A DNA stretch of 64,000 bases from Hormiphora californensis (taxonomy: Eukaryota > Animalia > Ctenophora), in contig CM035352.1 in the NCBI GenBank assembly GCA_020137815.1, forward strand, positions 6,448,001 through 6,512,000, in the 5' to 3' direction. This document shows, one piece after another, positions 38,670 through 51,100 of the stretch. Positions within the stretch are counted from its first letter, which is position 1, and every line of letters starts with the position of its first letter. Below the pieces are notes generated by a model, which worked only from the letters and a program-made list of their open reading frames with translations, ran no database searches and had not been told where the DNA came from. Made by a program: the position numbers and the translations under genes.

Positions 38670-39594
38670 GATCACCTGGGATCCACCCCATCATGACCCT
38701 CCACGTGCATCTTGCAAACCCAGCATTTGTGTGTGTGACTCAATAATCAATAATAAAGAATCCCCCGGGGCACAAGTTGTGTTTATGTTCTAGAACTGAG
38801 AAGGTGGCCCTCTCTGTCTGAATTGGTATCAAGATGGTGAAGACTTCCATTTTGAGGGGACTCTATTGAGTGTTTAGCAGGGGAGTTTTGATACATGTCA
38901 ACAACCACACTTTTAATTTATTTTTCCGTGCCCTTTGCAAGATTGGTTGTCGTGAACTTTGTCCTACAACCGGGTGATAAAAGTACTTCTTCCTTGGGCA
39001 CAACCGTGCACCAATAGTGGACAGTGGTGTATTGTATGTATACAAGAACTGCGTGGTACATACTAATACGTAGACCGTCTGACGTCACTTCTCTACGTCA
39101 GAGGATCGAGCTCTACAAAACGTCACTAGCCCCTCTCTCATATATATCTCGTCTACCCCCTTCACCGCGTTGTATGATGTCCGACTATCTGTCTATAATA
39201 TTCTGGTGAATAGCCCCCGTTATTGTACTATTTGTGACGTCACATTATCGTCTAGGTATTAGCGATCCCTTCCTCTTTTTAAAGGAGGACCGTAGTTCCA
39301 CTATTAAACTCTTGTTCCCCTTTACTTTCTACTTCTACTTGCCTTATTGCTGTCTGGCGCCGCAGACTCCATCTGAGCGCACTGTCGAGAATCAAATAGG
39401 GTTCTGGCGCCGCCAGACTTGTCTCATATGAGACCCTCCTCTCCGCACCGGGCCTTCGGCCCGGTGCGGCTACGCGAGGCCGCGCGGTGTACAGTCAGTG
39501 TAGGACAACGCCAGACAGCCTTGTTCGACCCTCTCTCTATCCGCACCCCGAGGATGTTTAGAACTGAAAACATATCAACCAACTTCGCACCTTA

Positions 39595-40238
39595 TACAGG
39601 GTGTTCATTTTGGATCTTTACAAGCGTTGGGCTTCACCCAGAAAAAAGTTGACAAGATTAGGTCATGAAACCTCATACTTGGACTATTCTATACGCTCAT
39701 TCAAGGTTCCCGGTGTTTTCGGAGCTCTAGCACCCCGGGAAGTGTGTTTTTGGCATCAAAACTACCAGAAGGAATTTTTTGCTGGTGCTGAGACTTTGCT
39801 AAAATGTTTTTTGGGTATTTTCTATGTTAATCCCAAAGTTTCATGATGATTGAATTATATGTTTTTCGGACTCAAAATTTCGAAAAAAGTGGCTGGAAAG
39901 GCTCGAAAACGGCTCAAAAACGGCAAAAATTGAGTCTTTCCAGCCACTTTTTTCGAAATTTTGACATCGAAAAACACATTCAATCATCATAAAACTTTGG
40001 GATTGACATAGAAAATACCCAAAAAACATTTTAGCAAAGTCTCAGCACCAGCAAAAAATTCCTTCTGGTAGTGTTGATGCCAAAAACACACTTCCCGGGG
40101 TGCTAGAGCTCCGAAAACACCGGGAACCTTGAATGAGCGTATAGAATAGTCCAAGTATGAGGTTTCATGACCTAATCTTGTCAACTTTTTTCTGGGTGAA
40201 GCCCAACGCTTGTAAAGATCCAAAATGAACACCGTGTA
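39595..40238. mobile_element. Tc1/mariner-type palindromic MITE (~640 bp)
   Basis: TACAGGGTG...CACCGTGTA termini; near-perfect ~300-bp arms. Confidence 0.9.
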
Positions 40239-41355
40239 TGCCATTGCTTTACTTTTTTGGTAATTCAGGGGCCATTTCTTATTAGTGAGACTGAGATGGG
40301 AGCACAGAGAGAGTAGAAAGAGATAGGTAGAGATTTGGGGGCGAGAGAGGAATGGAGAGAGTAGAGAGACAGATAGAGAGAAATAGAGAGAGAGGGGGAG
40401 GGAGAGAGATTTGGGGTGAGGGAGTGAGAGAGAGGGAGGCAGAGAGTGTGAGTGAAATTGAAAAGAAAGGATGGCAGGTAACATTGACAAGTCAATATTA
40501 CACCTTACACCGCCATTCTAATAGTCCTTTGAATTGACTTTGTACCTATATTCGCCTTGTTTCTTTGGTGAAACGGAACGGTGAAGGAAGAGAGACACAG
40601 ACAGAGACAGAGACAGAGAGAGAGAGAGAGAGACACAGACACAGAGACAGAGACAGAGACAGACAGAGAGATACAGAGAAAGTGAAGAATGTGAACTCGT
40701 AAATTGGGCCTCAAAGTCTTTGCTTCTCTCTCTCTGTACATCCTCAATCTCAAAAAGACTTTTATCTGCATCACATCCAGTAGACAGCTGTCCCCTCTCT
40801 CTATAAAGTGCTTGTTCTTCTTGGGGCTGCCATTCGATCAGATCTACGTGGTGGCTTCTTGACGTGACCATCGTCACTATACAATATATCTCTTTCATTA
40901 GTATATATCTCTTCATTTTCTTTATATCTCCTCCCACTCGCGTCGATCTATCTCTCTACAGCTGTCGTTTCTCTCTGTGTCTGTCCCCATATCTCTCTCT
41001 CCTCCCCAATCTCGCTGCTTACACCCATCATCATGACGTGAGTAGATGCGATATTGAGAGAGAGAGGACAAGAAAATGAACCTCTCTCCGTGTAAAGGCA
41101 TATCCTTTATTAAGAGAGCTGTTGCTGTTCACCCTACCCCCGCCACTACTACTACTTTTGTCAACAATACTTCGATGGATAGATGTCCTCCTCCCCAACC
41201 GGTGGGTGCAACACTTTGTTGGGTTTAAACTCGTGTATCCACTATTTAATGATCTTTTTTTGGGTTTAAACTCGTGCATTCAGTGATCTTTATTTTGCTT
41301 TCAATTTATGTTGAATTTTCTCTTTTTCCACCCGTTTTCGTTTTTTCAGGAGATC

Positions 41356-43287
41356 ATGTCGTGTTGCCCCTCTACCACTGCAGCATCCGATCAACAGCTC
41401 AACCTAAACACTCAGCCTCCACCTCCCTATTGGGCCATTATCAAGGGGTGAGTGTCAGTGATCTGTATTCTGGTATGTATTCTGTGTGTTACACCTTGGA
41501 TTCCAAGTTTCAAACAAGGCCCCACTTCGATCCAAGTTGAAATCGAAGTTAGGCCTTGTTTGAAGAGGTGTGGCTCTTTAGGCTTCAGACTGGGTACTTT
41601 TTGTAAGTTGGTCAATCGTCAGGGATCTCTCCGGGAAATAATGTTAGGCAGGTTTTCCTAACATTTGAGGTAGTTTTTTTGGGGTTTATTGAGTATTACT
41701 CAGCTCAAGTATATAGCTGGTAGGTAACACGTAACGTAATGAGACGTAATCAGTTTTGTCAGGGAAAACACCCTGGGGAAACGTGTGGCAGAGTTTCTAC
41801 AGCGGCATATCGACAGAGAAACAAACTTTGGCACCACTATAATCGGTTAGTTTTTTTAACTGCTAGATAATGAGGTTGTTTTCAGTTTTACAGCTAGTCG
41901 TTACTGCAGCTGTAAAGTAATAATCTGATTATTGATTACTCTGATTTTCTGAGGTTACCAAAATGTATATCCTCTTGATTGACGATGTAAGGCCAAGGGT
42001 TTACTCAACAACCTCTTGACGTCTAAAATTTCCCAGATTGTGCTAGTATGGGTCTGGAGGAATGGAGCGATGATTTCCAGACTAGTTGGCTTGATGCCCG
42101 TAATGTCAACCCAACCGCCTACACAATGACACTGCCATCCTCAGAGTGCAGGAGAGAACTCCTTGTTCAATCAATGGTATGTTTTGTTCTGAACTGTCTG
42201 GCAGCACCGACCCTGTTTTAATACTCGACGACAGAGCGCTCAAATCGGGTAGTTAATATTTTATTTAGCATTAACCATGCCTAACTTTGTTCCCCAGAGA
42301 GAGATAGATAACGCACAGGGTCTGATAATAGTCACTGGAGAATTCAATCTGAACCTACCGGACACACTGAGAATCCTTTTTGAAACACTTCCCAGGTAAT
42401 AGTAGAGTCGATAAGCAAACTCACCTCCTCTGATTTCGATGAAACTTCTCCCATGCTAAAATATGGTAATGGGGGTACAAATACCGCTTATTTTGAGTAC
42501 GGAAAACTTTTGGTTCGTTAATTATCGCTAATTGAAAAACGCCAAAATGGCCTAAAATTGCCCTTAACATGGTTTTGAAATTTTGGAGTTGGAACTCCAG
42601 ACTTCGTAGAGATGTCTGCTAGGATGCCAAAATGCACCAAAAGTGGACTCAGGCCCAAATTCGTCCGAATTTTTGCGTAAGACCGGATGGACTGAATTTT
42701 GGTCACGTGAATTGGCTCCAAAATCAGTTTTTTGCTATTTGTGCCTACCTCAGATTGCATCGCTTTACTAAAGCCTTTACGTGCCTGCAGGATAGGGGTA
42801 ACTTAGTAACCAAGTGTTCTCTACACTCTAAATCAATCCACTTCAGGTCTTCCTATTTTGGTAAGCCGTGTGCGGTGGTGTGCTATAGTCCAGGGGTTAG
42901 TTCTGGAAGACGGGCAGGCTTTCAGGCCCGAGCCTTTCTGGGGGAGCTATCCTGCCTTACACTTGGAACCATACTAGCAATTCCTCAGGTAAATAATATC
43001 CTGTCTCGGGTCTCCCTTTTCCAATAAAAATTCCACTTTCTAGATACAATTACAGCATAAATCGTCTGTCCCTATCCTGTTTAAGATCTGAATTCCCCCA
43101 AAACACAACACCTCCTCCCTAGTGTTACTACACCAACTCCTCCTCACAGGTACACCTGGCTATAGACACCGATGGGATCTGTAGTAATATGGAGATAATA
43201 GAGGACTTGAGAACCCTACTGGCAGAGCTAACTTGGTTCAGTAACGCTCTAACTCAATACCGAGCCATGGTCCCTCCTCCCCTCTAG
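41356..43287 (+). CDS. NADPH-dependent FMN reductase family protein (flavodoxin-like), 6 exons
   Basis: Spliced translation IDNAQGLIIVTGEFN..LPDTLRILFE..YFGKPCAVVCYSPGVSSGRRAGFQARAFLGEL..LLAELTWFSNAL. Confidence 0.8.
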
Positions 43288-43516
43288 AGATGGGGGAACA
43301 ACTCTATCTTGTTACCAGGGAGATAGTGCATATAGAGACAGTCAGATACATATACAGGGTGTCCCATATATTCTGTGGGTCGGTTACCAGAGAGATAGTG
43401 CATAGAGACAGTCAGATACATATATATGACATCAGCTGGAGGGTTATTAGAATACTGGCCAGGGTTAATAAATGTGACCAGAAGTGTGATTGAGAGAGGG
43501 GTAATGTGTGTATTCG

Positions 43517-43581
<65 letters not shown>

Positions 43582-45107
43582 GAGAGACTAGAGAGGCACA
43601 GAGAGTCTCTGAGAGAAACAGAGAGATAGAAATACTTGAATATTTGAGCTGCTAGATCAAGATGTTTAGAAAAGTGTGTGATTTTGTAGAATTAAATGGT
43701 CATTGATTCATTTTCTCCTGTGCAAATGAATCTTGCTGAGCGTTGAGAACTGCGCGCTCAGATTTGGTCACATTGATACCTGAGTGAGATCGAGGTCGCG
43801 CATCTCACATTCTTCACGGAGCAAGAATAGGTTGCAATGGAACCAACGCTCAGATGGGGTCGGCGGCGCCAGACAGGATCGGCTCGGCGCCCCCAGACAG
43901 ATTAGTAAAGGAGTGAAGTTGACAGTGACACATTATAAATTCCATTTTTCGCCACTAATATTGCCACTGTATTATGTATTGTTCACCCGTTATTAGTATT
44001 CATATTTGTTATGTGCTGTGTTTCACTTTGAACAAATGGATCGTGCAAGATCGGGTCAGTATCATTCTGTCAGGTCAATGCTCTGACACTGACAGGTGTC
44101 ACTACAAGTACACAACATTCACAACTAAAATGTGGTGAATGTAACAGTATCTAAAAGTAAAAGGGCAGCATGTTGTAAGGGACCAACTTACAAAAAGTGC
44201 CCGGGTATCAAGTAGTCTCCGCGAAATGAGAATAGGGTCAGGCCAATGCTCTGACAGCCTCTGACCTCGCAGTCACCGAACTTAGTGTCCGGTGAGGTCA
44301 GAGAGGCGAATGGTGGTACTGATACATGACGTGTGGTGTACACTGTACAGTGTACACTGTCAGACTATCTTGCACGATCCGTGCTCAGAATCAGATCTTC
44401 GGTAGTGGTCCCTCCCCCTGGATGTGGCCACTGGTAATCAAAATGGGCACATTGCATCCCCCTGTAGTGTCAGCTGTCTCAGTCGACTGCAGTCTGCTAA
44501 TGACTTGTTACACAACAACCAATGACAGTGTCATACTGTCTTTCGCCCGTGTGATATAAGAGCAGACAGGCATGTCATTGTCAAGACTCAAGATCGGCAC
44601 CAGATAGCGCCCCTCACGGTCACAGTGAGGGGGGTCGTGATTTTCCTGTCAGAGCATTGGCCTGACATTGATTTTCGCAACTGAGCGAAGGGGAGAGATG
44701 TGCACAAGTTGAAGTAGTGGTAACCATCATGGTAACGGCAGTAAAAGATGAAAACCAAACGGAGGTCAGATGAAAACTGACAAGACCTCCAATTAAGACG
44801 GATGTGATGGCTGGCACTGTCTCGCACTTGGCCGGTGGCCGCGGCCACCGGCCAAGTGTGAGATCAGGTCAGGCCATCACCATCCCTAGCGTGTCATCTG
44901 TCAGACGTTATCCGTTTGGTTACCTCCTTTTAGTTTAACAAATCGAAACAATAAATTTACGGAAATGAATTAATAAATTAAGGATAGTGCTAGCTAGTAA
45001 AGGGTCACACACAAACACAGCTCTACCGCTCTTTCAGTATAAAACAGCTACAAAAGCTAGATAATGATATTAAAAAGTGTCTCTCTCTCTATTTAGCAGC
45101 AGCAGAC

Positions 45108-48100
45108 TTAATGCTCATTTCCTCCACGAGTTTGGTGACAATTCCCGTTCCAATCGTCTTGCCGCTCTCTCTAATTGTGAACCGTTGTCCCATCTCAATG
45201 GGGATGCCTGCGTTACCAATGCAGCTCAAGTCCACAGCGATATTCTCTCCCGGCATGACCATCTCGATATCTTTGGGCAGGAGAATGGCAGCACTAGAGG
45301 TGAACCCTTTAGTGTAGACTATGGGTTGGAAGTTATTGAAGAAGGGCTTGTGGCGACCACCCTCATCACCAGACAGGAAGTAACACTGGGCCTGAAAATC
45401 AGATTGTTGTTAGAATTCACGGAGTTTGAGGCAGCTGAGGGATGGGGTTTGAGGACACATTATATATCTCCCTCGAATAGAACAAATTGTAATATCGAAA
45501 AGTGAAAACCTATACCATGTACACGATTTAGAAGTGCTGGTAAATTGCCCTAACTTCCCCGCCCCTAACTTTACCTGGAATGTTTTGATTGATTTGATAC
45601 TGTTAGGAGCACACACCATGGTGCCACCCTTTACATCATTCCTGTTGATCCCCTTAAACAGAACACCAACATCATCACCAGCCTGGGCCTGGTCTAGCGT
45701 CTTGTTAAACGTCTCAATACCTGTCATGGGGATTGGGAAATTAGCAACAATACGTGGAGGGGGATGGGTAAATAAGCAAATATTTCGTTGGACTAACAGC
45801 AAACTATGGAGAATCGGTAGTGTAGCAGTACACAATGGAATTACAAATCTTTACTCACCGCTCACAACAGTCTTGATACGTTTTCCCTTTCCGATGACCT
45901 CGCACGGGTCTCCCTTCTTGAAGGTCCCCCTCTCTACCCGGCCACTACACACTAGTCCTCGTGGCAGCTGGAAGGACCCCTCAGTGGCCAGCAGGAATGG
46001 AGATGTTAGATCTCGCTCAGGGTGTTGGGATGTGCTCATCGACAATATCAAGGAGTTTCTTAATAGATTCTTCGCCGATGTCAGCCTTCTCGCTGTCTAA
46101 CGCACACCTACAATAAGAGATATAGTTATTCATGGAAGTGGTTGGCGCTGTCTATTGACAATGGCGTAACATGGGCAATCGGAAGAACGGAAAAGATAGT
46201 ACCGCAATGAAGGCTCACACAGCTACTCACTTTGCTGAACCGAATACGAAGGGTGTGGTATCAGGATCAAACCCATATTTCTCCAGCAGCTCCCTGACCT
46301 CCATATCAACTAGCTCTAACATTTCCTCGTCGTCCATCAAGTCAACCTTGTTAATGTACACTACCAGGTTCTTGATACCTAGAAAAATGGAGGGGTCACT
46401 CAACAAGGTAGAACATGGTTCTTGATACCTGAGTTTCAAGTAACGAACACATTGAGTTAAGCCGTTGCCCCAAGTTCACAAATTAGGGACCAGTTACAAA
46501 ATTTGAAACTGATGTCAGTTTCAACTCCGCAACTGGACCAGCTACACAATTTGAAACTGATGTCAGTTTCAATTCTGCAACTGGACCAGTTACAAAATTT
46601 GAAACTGATGTCAGTTTCAAATTTTGTAACTGGAGCGTCAGATGATAAGAATTTTACCGCCCATCGTCTGATTATTGGAACGCAAACGTAAGTTAATATT
46701 TCATATAGGCTACAGTCGCACACTGATCGGGACACTGATTGAACCCAAGTCCCTGGATCTTCTGCATGCGAACAGCTAACCACGCGATATAATAGCTCCG
46801 TAAAGCGTTATGAAAATTGAAACAACAGTTTTTATATGGCGCTGGAAAGTGAAAATATACAGTTGTTTTTACATTACACGTCTTACAATAAAATCTCAAA
46901 TAAAAAGTCAAGTTCTAAAATTCATTCATGTCAGGTATACGCATGGCGTGTGCCAGCGCCTCCTGCCACTCAGCTTCGATCGCGAGCGATCGAAACTCCG
47001 CGTAGGTCATCTGTCTAGGCGGTGGGGGAGGGAAGGATCTTCCAGTTGAAAGTGTCCTGGGCTCTTCGTTATCCACATTCTGTGTCGCGACCTCCACCTC
47101 ATCATTCAGGTTCACTGAGTTCACCTCAATCTTCACCTCTCCTTCACTCTCTGCCTCCGAAACCTCTCCTTCGTCTCCCGAGTCATCACTATCTGAAATC
47201 ATCAGGATTTCACCTTCTTCATATTCATCAGAATCTTCTTCTTCTTCCTCAATAATGAGGCCCATGGATCCCATCCGCCTGTCTCCGCTATTACACAGGG
47301 TGGAAGAAGTGGAGAGGGATAGCATGCTTTGACCTCTGGACATGCCTCCAACATCCTCTCCTTCTTCGGATCCCGTCATGTCAACATCCTCATCAGCTTC
47401 TCCTTCGGATCCTGACATGTTGACTCCATCTTCATTCACGGTCATTTCTTCTTTGACCTCCACTGTTTCTTCTCCCAAGGCAGTCTCCTCAATAATCTCC
47501 TTGGGTATCTCGTTTTCTGTTTGGTCATCCTTGGGCTCATCCTTATCCTCTCGTCGGTAGGCCCACCATATAGCCAGGGCAGCTGCCCCAGCCGTGCAAG
47601 TTGCAAGTAGCAATTTTGAGTTAAACGAAAGCATAACGTAAAGGGTAAACAGATGCACGTGCAGATTTGTGGGCTTGTTTCCATGATGAACCATCTTGCA
47701 CGTGCAACCGGCCCTGGTAACTATGGGCAATGGTGCACCACAGATAGCTTGCAATAATGTGGGCAGTAGCGATCCTACTATATCTTGCCAGTACCTCAGC
47801 CCTATACCCAGCCGGAGAATAGCTAAACATTGAGCTTGCTCAATGTTTTGTTTGTTTGTTTGTCACTAAACCATGGGATACTCAATGCGTGTGTGTGTGT
47901 TTACTCATTACCTCCCGGTGCTACAACCCCTCTACTAATGCAATACTTGGCCATGCAGTTGCACACTGCTGGCACCATTCCAATAGCTATACTATTGTAA
48001 TGACTCTGTTATTGATTGATACGCTTGGTTTTGGGGTCAAGAGAATAGGGAATAAAGAACCAAATATAATATGATGAATACGAACTGACTGACTAGCCAC

Positions 48101-51100
48101 GTCAGTTGTGGACGTGAGCGTGGCTAGACATAACAATCGACTGCAACTAATAACAACCGACTAACCATTAACAATACGTCATATATCCATATCATATCAT
48201 TTCCCAAAAAAAAATAATTATATAATAATTATAAAAATGAACACACTTTAATAAATTTAACAAATGCTTATAGTCCATAGAATAATACACACATAAAACT
48301 CTGTCTCATGCATCTTCAGGCATCTGGGGTTTCACAGACTGCCCACTTCGACCGAGGCCACTAGAAATTTTTTGTTAGAAACCATGATATTAATTAGAAT
48401 CATAATATAAGTATTTTAATTACCAGAAAATGATTGCTACACATAAGCTCCGTTTATTCATATTAAATAAACATAGTAGGCTGCTTGTAGAATCTTTAAT
48501 GATACACTGCGAAGTGTACAATTATGTGCAGGGGAGTGCTTCTAGAAATTTCGGTGGCACCCTTCCAATAGTCCTTGGAAAATCGGACTCTACACATCAT
48601 GTGGATATTATTAGTAGGGTCGGTTGTGGGAAGTTGGGTCTGGAATTGTAAATTTGACTTGCTGATATGATTAGGGACTCTATAAAAAGTCCAAAGTACC
48701 ATCCCACAGGTCTCTACCACCCCCGGTTCACTAATTAGCCGTAATTATGTGATTTATGACGTTATCGCCAATTAGCACTAATAATACCAGTTCCTGGTCA
48801 CTTAGAGCTTAGATTTTGATACCAGCTGATAGAGGATCACTAGATTAGTGGGCATTCAAAATTTTAGGTCGATCAGAGTTATGGTCGAGGAGTTATAACC
48901 GTTTTTCCGTTTGGCTGGCGGTTGGCTGGCACCACGTGGGATTACGGGTTTAGGTCGTCGTGGGAGGTCCTCATTGGTCGCGTTCGATCGGGCTCGATGA
49001 GGTGATCAAAACCTAGTGGGGCCAGACCTTGGCCCCACCCCGTTCTTGGGTTATTAGGCTTTTTCGGTTTCCCGCCAAAATATTTTCCCGCCAAAACCGA
49101 AAAAGCCTAATAACCCAAGAATGGGGTGGGGCCAAGGTCTGGCCCCACTAGGTTTTGATCACCTCATCGAGCCCGATCGAACGCGACCAATGACGACCTC
49201 CCACGACGACCTAAACCCGTAATCCCACGTGGTGCCAGCCAACCGCCAGCCAAACGGAAAAACGGTTATAACTCCTCGACCATAACTCTGATCGACCTAA
49301 AATTTTGAATGCCCACTAATCTAGTGATCCTCTATCAGCTGGTATCAAAATCTAAGCTCTAAGTGACCAGGAACTGGTATTATTAGTGCTAATTGGCGAT
49401 AACGTCATAAATCACATAATTACGGCTAATTAGTGAACCGGGGGTGGTAGAGACCTGTGGGATGGTACTTTGGACTTTTTATAGAGTCCCTAATCATATC
49501 AGCAAGTCAAATTTACAATTCCAGACCCAACTTCCCACAACCGACCCTACTATATCAGATCAACTGAGCTTCACTCGGCTGCAGCTGTTGATTTTTTTTT
49601 TTTTTTTTTTTTGCAACTGATTGTGGTGTCTGCTTTACTATACTAAAGTATTCAAGCATTCCAATGAACACCAAGTTAGCTAATGGTCCCATTCCGAAAA
49701 GGGCGCTAACGGCAATTAGTCAATTAAAGGGTTAGTAAACTTTCTCATATAGAGATGGTTAGGATTAGAAAATTACGGAAAAAGTACTATTAGTATTAAA
49801 CATTTACAATTAAAGAGTCAGCCATTAAAAACAACTCGGAAGCATAATTCATATTAGAAGATCAAATAGAAACTTCTTGAATTTTTTAGTAAACTAGTAT
49901 TTATCCAGTATGTCATCATTATTATTATTATTATATATATTATTATGTTTCAAGTGAGGTGTCACATTATATTAAGGTGATGTGTTAATGTGATGTGGCA
50001 CAAAATCGTCCGATAATTGTGGTGTCAGGTGGGCTGTGTTAGTCAAAACAAAAACGTCAAAGTACGTTAGTGGGACGTAAGCCCACACCCTGAGAATAAC
50101 GTAACTGGTACCTCGAACCGTACCATTAAACTTCATTTATAAATGTTGTAAGTAACATGAGAAAACATAACTTAAAATCCATGTACAGAGGGTAACAAAA
50201 ATTCTGAAAAAGATATCAGAAAAGACCCGTGAGAAAGAAAGTTACTGTTAAATATCTTTAAAAGATATATGTAAAAGGTAGTTAAAACATACCGTGTTTG
50301 AGAAATAGAAGGTAGAAAGAGCTAATTTCTATTCGTCATAGACAATCCAAAGCTCTCTATTAATGTGCAGTATCAGTACTGGTAGAGATCTCGCTTTCTG
50401 ATTTGGTCCTTAACCTTTCTGATGTCCTTGTAGGCTCGCTTTCTGCCTTCTTCTCTTTTGCAGCAGCCTTGCTGCTTTTCTCTGTCTTCGAAAATCATTG
50501 TCAACATCAGGGGTGATCACATCTTCAATTTACCAGGGGTGACGTCTTGAATACCAGGGGTAGAATCAGCAATATCATGGGTAGAATCAGGAGTGCATGT
50601 TTCCAAAACTTCAAAGTTGTGACAGTCGTATCCACTGTATAGAAACACCACCAGATACACTACCAAGATCATTGCAGCTTGTAGATCCTGTATGCTAGTA
50701 GGGGGTTTGCTTGAAGAACGGGTTAGAATAATAATAATAATATTTATTTTTTATCTAGAATACTAGAAGAATTATAAGTAATGGCGACAAGGGGGTTAGT
50801 AATGCTAATAGCCAGAGTGGTATTTGTCCCTGGAACGTATATTACGTCTATTACGAGGTGATCTTCGGTAGCTATAACTAGAATTAGAAGGTATTTCAGA
50901 ATCATGTTCAAACTTTACCTCTGTTCTCAGAACACTAGTATTTTGAGTTGAAGAATCAGTACCGTTGGAAGAAGAGTTGTTACCATTACTGGATCCCATC
51001 ATCTGGTCCACTCTCTCCAATCGTTTCGCCTGCTTGATAGCAGTAGAAAAAGTCTCTATATCGGGGAGCTCATTAAGTTTTCGTCTAAGAACAAGGTCTC

